44,076 bases of DNA, taken from assembly GCA_000934665.2 (NCBI GenBank), contig KZ538856.1:1-44076 (forward strand). Direction: 5' to 3'. Under the pieces are notes generated by a model that was not told the origin of the DNA, did no database searches, and saw only the letters and a program-made list of their open reading frames with translations. This document shows, piece after piece, positions 25,401-34,949 of the stretch. Within the stretch, counting starts at the first letter, position 1. Every line of letters starts with the position of its first letter. The translations under genes were made by a program, and so were the position numbers. The DNA is from Catajapyx aquilonaris (Eukaryota).

Positions 25401-28400
25401 GATGAATTGAATCCATTTGAAAGTGATGATGCTGTAGAGACATCATTGAACCCATTTGCTAGCAGCAGTGAGGATGAATATGAAACTTCTGGAGGTGCAC
25501 TTGGCAAGAAGAGTTCCACTTTAATTGATGAGCCAAACTCCAGTTCCAATCCCTTCTGGAGTGATGATGAACGCAGCAGCATTGAGAATGACAGTGATTC
25601 GAAACCTGTTCCTCAACCCAGGCGTTCAGTGTACGTTCATCCTTCAATTATTAATGTAGCTAGGGGTGGATTATGATCTGGTATAACATGATTATGAAGG
25701 GAACTTAATTTTTGTTTGTCCTCCTTGCAGTCAGCCTAGTGGAAACGCCAATACGTCTCGTTCTATCACACCTAATCATGGTGAACCTCCACAGCCATTT
25801 CCACGCCATTTCTTGGATGCCTCAGTTGACAAATCAGGTTCAATCAACTCGCTGACCAGTATAGGCTCAGGAACTTCCAGGAAGAAACGTCCAGCTCCTA
25901 AACCACCCCAAGCAAGAGAATCACTCCCGGCTCTTCCACTGGTTAGTTAGTGCCACATATAAATTGAAGGTCCAAACATCAAACATATCAAATGTTACTT
26001 TTAGCTCCAGTCAACGCCAAAACCTCGCCTGAAGAAGTCACGGCCTGCTCCACAACCACCAACCAAACAAGGTGAAGTACTTCCAGTTAAAGCTCCAATA
26101 CCACGTGAGAAGAAGTTGTCTCCTGGAAAGCTTGAGAAAGAGCTGCAGAACCGTACCAGGCAAAATCAAAGTGATGTGACATCTCCGGAGACACCATGTT
26201 AGTGCATCTGTGATTTAATATACCTGTCTGCATTAATCCTTATGGCTGAGTCCTCCCCCTTTCCAGTCCTCTCCCCTCTCCAGTTCTCTCCCCTCTCCAG
26301 TTCTCTCCCCTCTCCAGTTCTCTCCCCTCTCCTTACAGCCTGGCCTTACTCCCAAAAGCAGTTTCAATAGCTTTAACTCCTTTTAAAATATGGTTACTGC
26401 CGAGTGGTTACTTACTCTCCTAGTAGTGAACAGTACACATGCATGCAGGCATACCCATGCACCTAATTGGATTGACGTCATCTTTGGTGCCATTGTTATT
26501 TGCTTAGTAATGACACCATTGGTGAGGTAGGCGTGACCTTGAAAAAACTCAATTTTTTTAAACAATTATTTTTCCCTTGCATACATATGCATGCAACTTG
26601 TATACACTGGCATGGCAGAGTAAGTACCCCCTTGGTTACTTTATGTTCTTGAGCCAATGGATCGGAGGGAGACTACATACCCAGTTCATGCTGGTGAGAG
26701 CAGACTTGGGGATCCAGGCATGCACACCTCCCACTTAGCCATGGCTGAATTCGCTACCCAATACAGACACCCAGAATTGACATTTTGAGCATTTAAACAT
26801 TTCTGCCATTTTTCTCACCTGCTCTGGGATGTAAATTACTCTCCTTAAAATAGCTACAGGCTTAGTATGGGAATGGCTATAATGCAGTTTCAAATGTATA
26901 ACTTGCACAACTTGATAGGATCCCCTCCCATAGCTAACTACCCAATGTACAGTAGTTTCATGAAAACTCAGGACCAGCTTTGGTGGCTCTGCCACCAATA
27001 TGCTTACTCTATCCCTACTCCTCATAACCAATTATATGGGTTTAGTAGCATTGGAGAGAGTAGGTTTAAGCAAACCATTAGGCAGAGATTCAAGATGATT
27101 GAGAGGGGCAGAGTTATTGTGTATCAACTGTAATTCAAGAGAACCGGGACTAATTAAAATAGATTCTCCTGGGTTTAGCAAACTGCAAGGTTTCATACAG
27201 GGTGGGGCAAAAGTCATGGGCGGATTAAAACGACGCAGCATGGCATAAGTAATGAACAATATTAAAAAAAGTTACACTACACAGAGAAAGATATGCCATT
27301 TATGGATCGAGGTCCGAAAAAGTCACTTCTGGAAAACAACACCAGATAGATGTCCACCTTTGCTGGCAACACATGATTCCCCCAAACGCCGGACGAAACC
27401 CTTCATAACGCGCTCCAGCATATCCAGGGGAATGTTTCTCTGGCGTGTCTTATCTGTGATCCTTAAGATCAGCCAATGACTGAGGAGGTGTGACGAACAC
27501 CAAACAAATTAAAAGTCAAATGTTTCCTGGGCGGGTCATTTTGAGATTTGGGGACATTCCATGGCCGGCGCGGTCGCCGGATTTGACCACCCCCGACTTC
27601 TTGTGGGGGTACCTGAAGAGTTTGGTGTTCGCCACACGTCCTCAGTCATTGGCTGATGGATCAGGTAAGACACGCCGTGAGAAACATTTCCCTGGACCTG
27701 CTGGAGCGCGTTTTCGTCCGACGTTTGGAGGAATATGTGTTGCCCGCAAAGGTGGACATTATCCAGTGTTGTTTTCAAGAAGTGACTTTCTTGGACCTTG
27801 ATCCATAATGGCATATCTTTCTCTGTGTAGTGTAATTTTAAAAATATATAGTTGTTCATTACTTACGCCATGCTGCATCGTTTTAATCCGCCCATGACTT
27901 TTGCCCCACCCTGTATAGGCAGGTCTAGGTGTTTTTTTTGTCTATGTATGTGAAAACAACTGACTGTTCTGTTTTCCCCACATTAGCAAGCCCCAGCAAG
28001 GATAAGAGCATGTATGGACAGTGGAAGAGGAAGAAAGGACCAGCACCTCCCAGGCCTTTACCTCAAAAGCGGCAGGTAAGCAACATGGCTGTGCAGATAG
28101 AGTGAAGTGTTTCATGATGTTTGGTCTGTAAGTGATTAAGTAGAAAGAATGTGTTGAAATCAAGAGTCTTCATCTTTTTGAATATCAATCAATCAATCAA
28201 TCAATAATTTATTAACCTCCCTGCCTCATTCCGCAGGGAGGGACACACCAAAATAACAATTAACAAAAAAAAAAACATAGTATAATATAATAATAATAAT
28301 ACAGATACAGAGCTCTCACTTGCAGGTTTGATATTTCCTGGTATACACGTTCAGTTCCCCTTGGTATTAACAGTTTATTATCCAGTAAGCAATGTAACCA

Positions 28401-31400
28401 AAATAATAAAATAAGGCTTGCAATTGTGTGTCTGAGGGGTTCAGCAACGCCCTCCACATGTTTTCTCGGCTAAACTCCATGTACTCCTGTCTTACTTTCC
28501 CTCTTCCTCCCTCAAACAACCTACATTCCCACCATAGATGGTACCAATCACCCACATTTCCTTGGTAGCATAGGCTACATGGTTCTTCCGGATCAATAGA
28601 TATACTTCTATCCTTACTTAATGGTAACCACCGAGCACCCAGACATAAACATGCTAGCATTCGGGTTATATTTATCTGCAGTGCAGCTGAAATGTAATGC
28701 GCCGCAATATATCTGTTTTCGTCGTAGAACCATATTTTATTGAAATTTGTTTTGGAAATATTTAGGCTATTTATATCATTCATAACTTCAACGTCCCGCA
28801 TAGTTTGTGCCAAGCTGACAATTTTCCTGGTCCAGTTTTCGTCATTCTCGATTAAGTAATTTTCTACTGTTTGTCCGTATCTATGCAAAGCAAGTTCTAG
28901 TTTTAACAAGTTGTATTTGGGGGTTGATTCCTTCTGAGACCTTAAGTATTTTAGCGCTCGATATGGCAATCTGTGGTGGTCCATATTGATCATTCTTTTT
29001 AGAGATTTTAGAGCAAGAAGGACCACCCTAATTTTCAGGGGCGGGTCATCTTGTTGAATATGAGCTAAGGACCCACCAGTGACTGCTCATGATCCGAAAC
29101 CCACATGCAAACAAGATTGGCAAACCACACAAGCGTGATTCGAGTACTTTTTCTTATTGGGCAGCAGGAAATGAGGCTGGCAACTTCGTTGAAATTGCCA
29201 AGTTTGAATTATATCGTATCATATTTGCCATAGGTGTGAATCGATATGGATTGATACATCGGCCACACTTGAGTTTAAATTAAAAGTAGGGAGGAAGTAA
29301 AATGTGCTTTCCTTGTTAGCTTGATAGAGGGGCATCTTTCAATTCATATTTGGCTGAGTGTGATAACTGTATCTCTCATTAATCGTAGGAAATAGAGGAT
29401 TGATCATATGGATAAAACTTGAAAATTTTCAGCTGTCATCCACAGTATGATATTAATATACTTTTCCTGCAACATGTGCTTTACTATTTTTTCAGATCAG
29501 AAAATTACCTCTGGCTGACATTCAACGAGAATTGAAGGATATTGAAGTGAAACAGCTGGAATTGGAGAGGCAGGGAGTGGGAATTGAGAAATCAATTCGT
29601 GTGTTATGCGAGGGAGACAATCAAACCGGTGAGAATGCACTTCTGATGGTGTCTTGTGATCTCCCTTGCAACTGAGATGGATAAAACTATTGCATTTAAT
29701 TTCAGAGGATGTGCTGGTGCCTGAGGCAGAAGAAGCCATTTTGCAGCTCTTTGAGCTTGTCAATGAGAAGAACGAGCTCTTCCGGCGTGAGACTGAACTG
29801 ATGTACCTGTGAGCATTTTCTGGTCATACTTTTCTTATGGGAAACTTGTACTTGAACGCTGTGGCCATCAGAATCTGATTGTGTGAATTTTGCAACAATT
29901 TTTTGTGACCATTTTTGTGGGGCATTTGCAAAGATGGGGAATAATTAACTTGGCAAGGTCCAGTGCTGGACATGAACGGTCGAGACCTGACAGTAACATG
30001 AGCCGCAGCAGCAAACAGAAGAATAAGATTTTTAAATTAATTACTTAATTAATTTTATTTATTTTACCCCATTGGGAGAATTGGCACTCCATTAGGGGGG
30101 TGGAATACCACCATTGGATGGGGTCAAGGATGGGAAGTAAGGAAGCGGCTGTGGCCTATTATACAGAAGCGACCCTGGAATTAACCTGGGGGGACAGTGG
30201 AAAACCACAGAAAACCATGGTCACGATCGCCGGCCGTGGGAATCGAACCCAGGACCTCCCGATTAACAGTCGCACTCCACCACACCAACCTGTTTCGGTT
30301 GAACAGAAGAGTAAGATCTGATGGGTGATCCCATGGCCATCCGATCTTATTCATAGGTTCGATGCGGTTCGATGCACTCATTCACTGCTGTAGCTCATGT
30401 CGCCGTCAGTACTCGACCATTAATGTCCAGCACTGTACCACAGAATTGAAGAACCGTCCAATAATACAAAATCATCACTTTGACCATATTTGAAAGGACT
30501 TTCATGAGCAAGAATCAACACAAGAATGGAATTTAAAAAAAAAAACAAAAACAAAAAAAAGTGTGCAGGATTTTAAACTTAAACATTTTAAGTTAATATT
30601 CCACACTGATATCTTGATGAAGTAAAAACATGCACATTTTTTCTGAAGAGTATCTCTGAAGTAGTTTTTAAAATGCATATTTGCAATACCGTACTTGATT
30701 GGATTAAGAAAAAATTGTAGGCATCAAGTTGCTTAGTGAGGATTAGCTTGGTACTTCCAGAATAGGCAGCTGGTGTTGCTGAAACAGACCTGTGAAAAAT
30801 CTATTGAGGGCCATAATATTCCTCTTCACAGAATATCTTGTACTGTACAGCAGGGGTCTCAAACTCGATTAGATGGAGGGCCACATAAGCTTGCGGGAAC
30901 TTTAGTGTGGGCCGCACTTTCCAGAAGTGCCGTATGTTAACAGGAGTCTAGTACTATAAGTAAACTATAACCGAGAAGAGAAGAGCCAGATGCAGGCGAA
31001 ATATTTTGTGTTCAAGGTCACACAATCTTATGGTGTATGTAACTGACAAAGTACTACACCTGATATTTTGAGAAAAAATCTTTTCCCAGACTTCCCCACT
31101 GAACCCATGGCAGAGCATTAATATAAAGACATGAAGTAAAGGTATTTGTTCATTGTCCATCATCAAATTGCGAAACACGTTGATAATGGCCAAAATCATG
31201 AGATAGGACCGTGGGGCCGCAATTGAGTTGCCTACGGGCCGCATGTTTGAGACCTCTGCTGTACAGTATGCCTGGCGTCAGATGCAAAACTTGATTTGTT
31301 CTGGGGTTGTCATTTTTGGTCAGGTCAATTGTAGTGCTAACTCGTTATGTCTGAAGTTTTGAAAAACCTAGTACTGATAGTCGGCGTTATTGGTTTCAGT

Positions 31401-33729
31401 AAACGTGAGCAACGTTTAGAAGAGGAACATGCAGAGCTGGAGTATCAGATTCGTTGCTTGATGGATAAGTCTGAAGGCCAGAAGACAGTAGAAGATCAAA
31501 TTCGTGAAGAAGAACTTATCCAGAGACTCATACATGTTGTGGAGCAGAGAAATGAAGTTGTAGAATGCTTAGAATTGGAAAGGAGGCGAGAGGTTGAAGA
31601 AGACCGCAGCATTCAGTTTTCTCTCTATGAAGGTATTATGGGAACTTATGCTGTTTCCTGTTAGTAAGGAGTATAACATAAATTTGACTTGATTATTGTT
31701 GTCGTTATTAGTACCAATATGCCATAACTTGTCAATGTAATGTTATAGCAGCAGAGTCTTGGGGATATTTTGACAAAAATGCTTGAATTTGAAATTTGGT
31801 AGTAATTGACTGCACTTTTTTATTAGTTTGCTGTGGCTTTGCATATTTGGACCCAAAGTTTTTTGCAAGGCGTGGAATATACACAAAATGGCCTAGCAGA
31901 GTGGTTTCCAACCTTTCACCAACGGCGACCCCCTAAACATGTTTCCATAAATGTGCAACCCCCCCCCCCACCCCACCCCTTCCTCCCCTCCCCTGGCCGG
32001 CCCCTCCTACAACTGCCCCCTTTTCAGAAAACATACCCTCTGCATGGCTGCAAAAATTGTTTAACTGACAAAGAAATTGCAAAAAAAAGGTTGAACCAAC
32101 GCTTGCGACCCACTGGTTGGAAACCACTGGCCTAGCAATCCAGCATGAGAGACCATGCAGACATTTTCAAGAGTGATACAGCTCATTTGAGGTGCCAAAT
32201 TATTTCAAAGAAGGGGTGTGCATGTAATTGTTTATCATCAGATTCCTTTAATGTCCATATTTTTTGTGATCTGTAATTCCAACAATAGAACACCTTGCAC
32301 ACTTTTGTAATGCACAAGAGTGAATTCAAGGTGATAACTAAAATGGTGTGAAAAAGAAAAGTTAGCTCAGGTCCAAATCAGTGGATACTTGTCTCATGTC
32401 CCTGCTTCAAATTGTTGTTACTTGTGATGAGGGAACTACAGGTGCCATCCCACTCGATGCGCAATCATAAATGCAAATTTCCCCTGATATGGCTCTGAAC
32501 TCTTCTTCCACATAACAAAGTTGTACACCATGCAGTAACAAGGTTTAAAATGTGGTTAGACAATCATAATGTGGTGTAGTAAACTAGTAGAATAATCTAT
32601 GGCTAGTACACCATGAGGTTATGAGGACAGAGAAAGACACAGCAGAAAAAGGGGGGGGGGGAGAGAGAGAGAGAGAGAGAGAGAGAGCAAAACAATGTTG
32701 CAAATACTGTACATTCCTTGCCAAAGGATGCAACAAAAGCAGCAGTGTAAAGGGACTCCAAAGGTGGTGATGGGAATGGTCACCATGAACACTGAACACA
32801 CCATCTTTGGAGTCCCTATATGCAAGATTCTGAAACCACAATGCTTGTGCTTGGTTTGGGCACCATTTCCGTTAGCGTATCTGTATGGCTTTGGTGTGAC
32901 AGGACCATTACTGTCCATCTTGTACAAGCCAAGGAACATTATTGTGGCTTTGCTGATCCCTACCTTATCCTGGTGCTGGGACTGGCACAGGTGTTGTGGT
33001 TTTGGAATATCACACCCTATACAGTGTGTTCCAAGTGTTCAGGCCCTTTTAGTTATCAAAAATATCACTTAAAGTTGTTATTTTTGTGTAGCTGCTGCAT
33101 TCAACCACACCTGGGAACAATTGTTTACCTGGAGCAGGGTACAAAAAGCTACACAAATATAACTACTTCAGACCAAATTTGCAATAACTAAAGGACCCGA
33201 ATACTTGGAACACACTGTATACTGTTCCTTTTGCAGGAGCATCCCCGGCCGTGAATGTGTTGGAAACATCATTGTGTTTCAGCAATTCTTTCTTTCTCTC
33301 AGTCAGTGTGTGTGTGTGTCTGTCTCTCATAGCCTCTGTGCCTTTAGTGTACTTACCATGGCTTACTTGACTAAGTTTAGTAGTAATGTGATTTCTTTTT
33401 TTGTTGTGTTCAATTAGGGGTAGTTTTTGTCAATTGCCACAATCTTGAAACATGATCTCTCTTGTGTCATACTGCACCAACAAATCATTAAGGACATAAT
33501 TCAAACTTGAATTTTTCCAGCCCATCAAAGGAACTCTGAACGCGAGTCCAAAGTCAAACACCACAAACTTAATCCATTCCGCCTGGGAAAGAAGGATAAG
33601 AAGAAGAAGGAGAAGAAAAAGAAAAAATTGTTTGATGCTGACAAAGACATTGATGAGAGTGAGAATAGTGCTGCCGCAGCTCAAACATCTCATGGAAAGG
33701 AGGGGAAGGCAAAGAAGAAATGGCTCTAA
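13266..33729 (+). CDS. MICAL-like: MICAL-like protein (CH, LIM, NPF motifs, Pro-rich region, bMERB/DUF3585 coiled coil); 11 coding exons, about 959 aa
   Basis: Exons: 13266-13417, 16026-16204, 16557-16744, 24441-25630, 25731-25941, 26005-26197, 27987-28075, 29496-29628, 29706-29808, 31400-31632, 33521-33729. All introns are GT-AG with matching phases; total 2880 nt. [69 protein letters not shown]. b[24 protein letters not shown] and [21 protein letters not shown]. Confidence 0.93.
16026..16204 (+). CDS. MICAL-like: MICAL-like exon 2 (CH domain, C-half)
   Basis: [59 protein letters not shown]; polypyrimidine tract plus cag acceptor, gtgagt donor. Confidence 0.93.
16557..16744 (+). CDS. MICAL-like: MICAL-like exon 3 (low-complexity linker)
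   Basis: Open frame [10 protein letters not shown]...EISPGK; tag acceptor, gtaggc donor. Phases 1 and 0 fit both neighbouring exons. Confidence 0.75.
19010..19484. mobile_element. Mariner (DD34D) relic: back-to-back inverted duplication of the transposase 3' end, with one intact terminus
   Basis: 19010-19196 (minus strand) reads [26 protein letters not shown] / [20 protein letters not shown]. 19212-19377 (plus strand) is its inverted copy. The right terminus is ...CTTTCTGATTCGCCCTCG|TA. Confidence 0.85.
19582..19658. other. Assembly gap flanked by poly-C and poly-G
   Basis: N run between a C tract of about 21 nt and a G tract of about 20 nt. Confidence 0.95.
20687..20759 (+). other. tRNA-like element (SINE head or pseudo-tRNA) with intact Pol III A/B boxes but a non-canonical anticodon arm
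   Basis: Acceptor stem GCCCTCG/CGGGGGC; D arm GCTC-AATGGTA-GAGC; T arm CCAGG-TTCGATT-CCTGG. The anticodon arm is the 18-nt palindrome ACACCGAATATTCGGTGT, with no 7-nt loop or U33. Confidence 0.75.
23373..23614. mobile_element. Mariner-derived MITE whose arms are both 3'-end copies
   Basis: aaagttcggtgaatgttacaataaaagcaac (left) is the inverse of gttgcttttattgtaacattcaccgaacttt (right). The left arm, read on the minus strand, gives [19 protein letters not shown], a mariner C-terminus with one frameshift. Confidence 0.78.
23894..24058. mobile_element. hAT-type MITE
   Basis: TIR CAGCGTTTCTCAAC / GTTGAGAAACGCTG; 8-bp TSD GATTACAG / AATTACAG. Confidence 0.88.
24441..25630 (+). CDS. MICAL-like: MICAL-like exon 4 (LIM domain, acidic region with three NPF motifs)
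   Basis: Long ORF 24456-25676 with LIM Cys/His spacing; [18 protein letters not shown] and SNPFWSDDE. Acceptor ttcag ends at 24440, donor gtacgt at 25631. Confidence 0.92.
25731..25941 (+). CDS. MICAL-like: MICAL-like exon 5 (Pro-rich)
   Basis: Contains [10 protein letters not shown]; ttgcag acceptor, gttagt donor. Confidence 0.85.
26005..26197 (+). CDS. MICAL-like: MICAL-like exon 6 (Pro-rich)
   Basis: [16 protein letters not shown]...[10 protein letters not shown]; exon starts at 26005 or in frame at 26011; gttagt donor. Confidence 0.82.
26264..26331 (+). repeat. 17-bp minisatellite (CAGTTCTCTCCCCTCTC) x4
   Basis: Four tandem units; the first carries one substitution. Confidence 0.9.
27198..27913. 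mobile_element. Tc1/mariner (Tc3/DD37D-like) foldback element with arms of about 300 bp and a transposase C-terminal remnant
   Basis: TA|CAGGGTGGGGCAAAAGTCATGGGCGG...CCGCCCATGACTTTTGCCCCACCCTG|TA. The centre encodes [36 protein letters not shown]. 27198 to about 27505 is an inverted copy of about 27620-27913. Confidence 0.92.
27987..28075 (+). CDS. MICAL-like: MICAL-like exon 7
   Basis: [29 protein letters not shown]; gtaagc donor. Confidence 0.87.
28186..29045 (-). mobile_element. 5'-truncated non-LTR retrotransposon (ORF2 C-terminus, RTE-X-like)
   Basis: ORF 28367-29026 has the zinc knuckle [14 protein letters not shown]. The 3' stem-loop CCTCCCTGC..GCAGGGAGG lies at 28216-28241 and an (ATTG)n tail at 28186-28205. 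16-bp TSD TCATCTT(T/G)TTGAATAT at 28170-28185 and 29046-29061. Confidence 0.87.
29496..29628 (+). CDS. MICAL-like: MICAL-like exon 8 (start of bMERB coiled coil)
   Basis: [39 protein letters not shown]; gtgaga donor. Confidence 0.9.
29706..29808 (+). CDS. MICAL-like: MICAL-like exon 9 (bMERB)
   Basis: [35 protein letters not shown]; gtgagc donor. Confidence 0.9.
29961..30435. mobile_element. Tc1-like MITE (CAGTGCTGGACA termini) interrupted by a SINE
   Basis: CAGTGCTGGACATGAACGGTCGAG...CTCGACCATTAATGTCCAGCACTG|TA, with further inverted matches (acatgagc / gctcatgt). Confidence 0.8.
30030..30301 (-). mobile_element. tRNA-derived SINE, copy 1
   Basis: Minus-strand B box GGTTCGATTCC; core shared with 34272-34501; AT-rich tail. 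TSD AACAGAAGA(A/G)TAAGAT at 30014-30029 and 30302-30317. Confidence 0.85.
30851..31258. mobile_element. hAT-type MITE
   Basis: TIR CAGGGGTCTCAAAC / GTTTGAGACCTCTG; perfect 8-bp TSD CTGTACAG; subterminal GGGCCGCA repeats. Confidence 0.9.
31400..31632 (+). CDS. MICAL-like: MICAL-like exon 10 (bMERB)
   Basis: [71 protein letters not shown]. Confidence 0.9.
31899..32129. mobile_element. hAT-type MITE
   Basis: TIR (G)AGTGGTTTCCAACC / GGTTGGAAACCACTG; perfect 8-bp TSD GCCTAGCA. Confidence 0.88.
32661..32687 (+). repeat. (GA)n microsatellite following a poly-G run
   Basis: Direct reading. Confidence 0.9.
33521..33729 (+). CDS. MICAL-like: MICAL-like terminal exon 11 (Lys-rich tail)
   Basis: [34 protein letters not shown]...KKKWL*; TAA at 33727-33729; AATAAA at 33830 and about 34128. 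Confidence 0.85.
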
Positions 33730-34271
33730 GAGCGCATGCTCTTTGTTTGCTGATGCGCTCCTTTGTAGATGAATATTTTTTCCCCCATTTCCATCCCATT
33801 ATTTTTATCATGTGTATTTTCGCCAAGTGAATAAAATTATATGTGGCAAGTCCCACTGATATCTCCTTGGTAATAGTCACAAGCTCTATGATGTGGTAAT
33901 TTGTGGTATGATCTGACTTCTTATTCATCAATGATAAAACTAAAAAGCAACATATTTTTCTTGTTACATCTGTTGATGATTATGCCTCATTTTAGTACCA
34001 TTTGAGTCTTTTGTGACTATTTGGAGAATAAGAAGCCCCTTCCACCACTTTATCCCATCACTGTACATGACCACTTACGTTTTAGATGGAAGTTTGCAAG
34101 TCAATGAGATTGTAAATTGAAAGAATCAATAAAGTTAGTTTGCATAGTGTCTTACTTTTTCAATTACACCATCCAGAGCAGTCGTCTCAAATTCATTTTG
34201 GTAAGACGGCCACATCAGCTTGTGTGAACGTGAGTATGGGCTGCACTTACCGGCGGTGCAATATAAATACT

Positions 34272-34501
34272 TTTATAATTGACATTAAGGAGGTTGGCCC
34301 AGCATTGCCTTTCAACCTCCAAGGATAGGGAAGGAAGGAAGCAGCTGTGGCCTATTATACTGAAGCGACCCCGGAATTATCCTAGAAAGACAGTGGAAAA
34401 CCACAGAAAACCACGGTCAGGGTTGCCGGCCCCGGGATTCGAACCCAGGACCTCCCGATTAGCAGTCGGACGCCCTATCCACTATGCCAACCTGCTTCGG
34501 T
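34272..34501 (-). mobile_element. tRNA-derived SINE, copy 2
   Basis: Minus-strand B box GGTTCGAATCC; core ggaagcagctgtggcctattatac..gtggaaaaccacagaaaacca shared with copy 1. TSD (cggt)GCAATATAAATACT at 34254-34271 and 34498-34515. Confidence 0.87.
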
Positions 34502-34902
34502 GCAATATAAATACTGTAACATTTTAACTAGAATACACCAAATATACACAACACAGGAAGGTAAAAATTAATGGCTGAAGTGCTAAAAGCAAAATGAGCA
34601 AATCTCCTGTCTGTTTCTACTTTTTTTTTTTGTGCAGAAGTTTGTTTGACACTATTGATTGAGTAGAAACAATTTTCATCACAGATAATTGGGTTAGTGC
34701 ACCGACCATATTGGGCATCTGACGTGGTACCTTTATTTGCTTTATGGTGTATGAGCAGGGTCCTTTTTCTGTAATGCCTGGGTATCGTGAGCGATGGAGG
34801 ATTGGCTGGGAGGGAGTGAAGTGCAATAGTGCAATGTTGTTTTGTGCAGTCTCTCTTCAAATTAATGTTTTTTGCATAAGCATTGAATGGTTCGTGGCCC
34901 AT

Positions 34903-34949
34903 GGGGACGCAACTGAGGTGCCTGCAAGCCGCATCATTTGAGACCTCTG
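34903..34949. mobile_element. Right-end fragment of the 30851 hAT MITE family
   Basis: ggggacgcaactgaggtgcctgcaagccgcatcatttgagacctctg resembles 31213-31258. Confidence 0.6.

Noticed and set aside
26264..26331. CRISPR-like array
   Set aside because: The units are contiguous with no spacers, in a eukaryotic intron; it is a minisatellite.
26735..27031. CSKC-containing minus-strand ORF as a LINE ORF1 zinc knuckle or PHD finger
   Set aside because: Cys/His spacing is incomplete and there is no supporting boundary.
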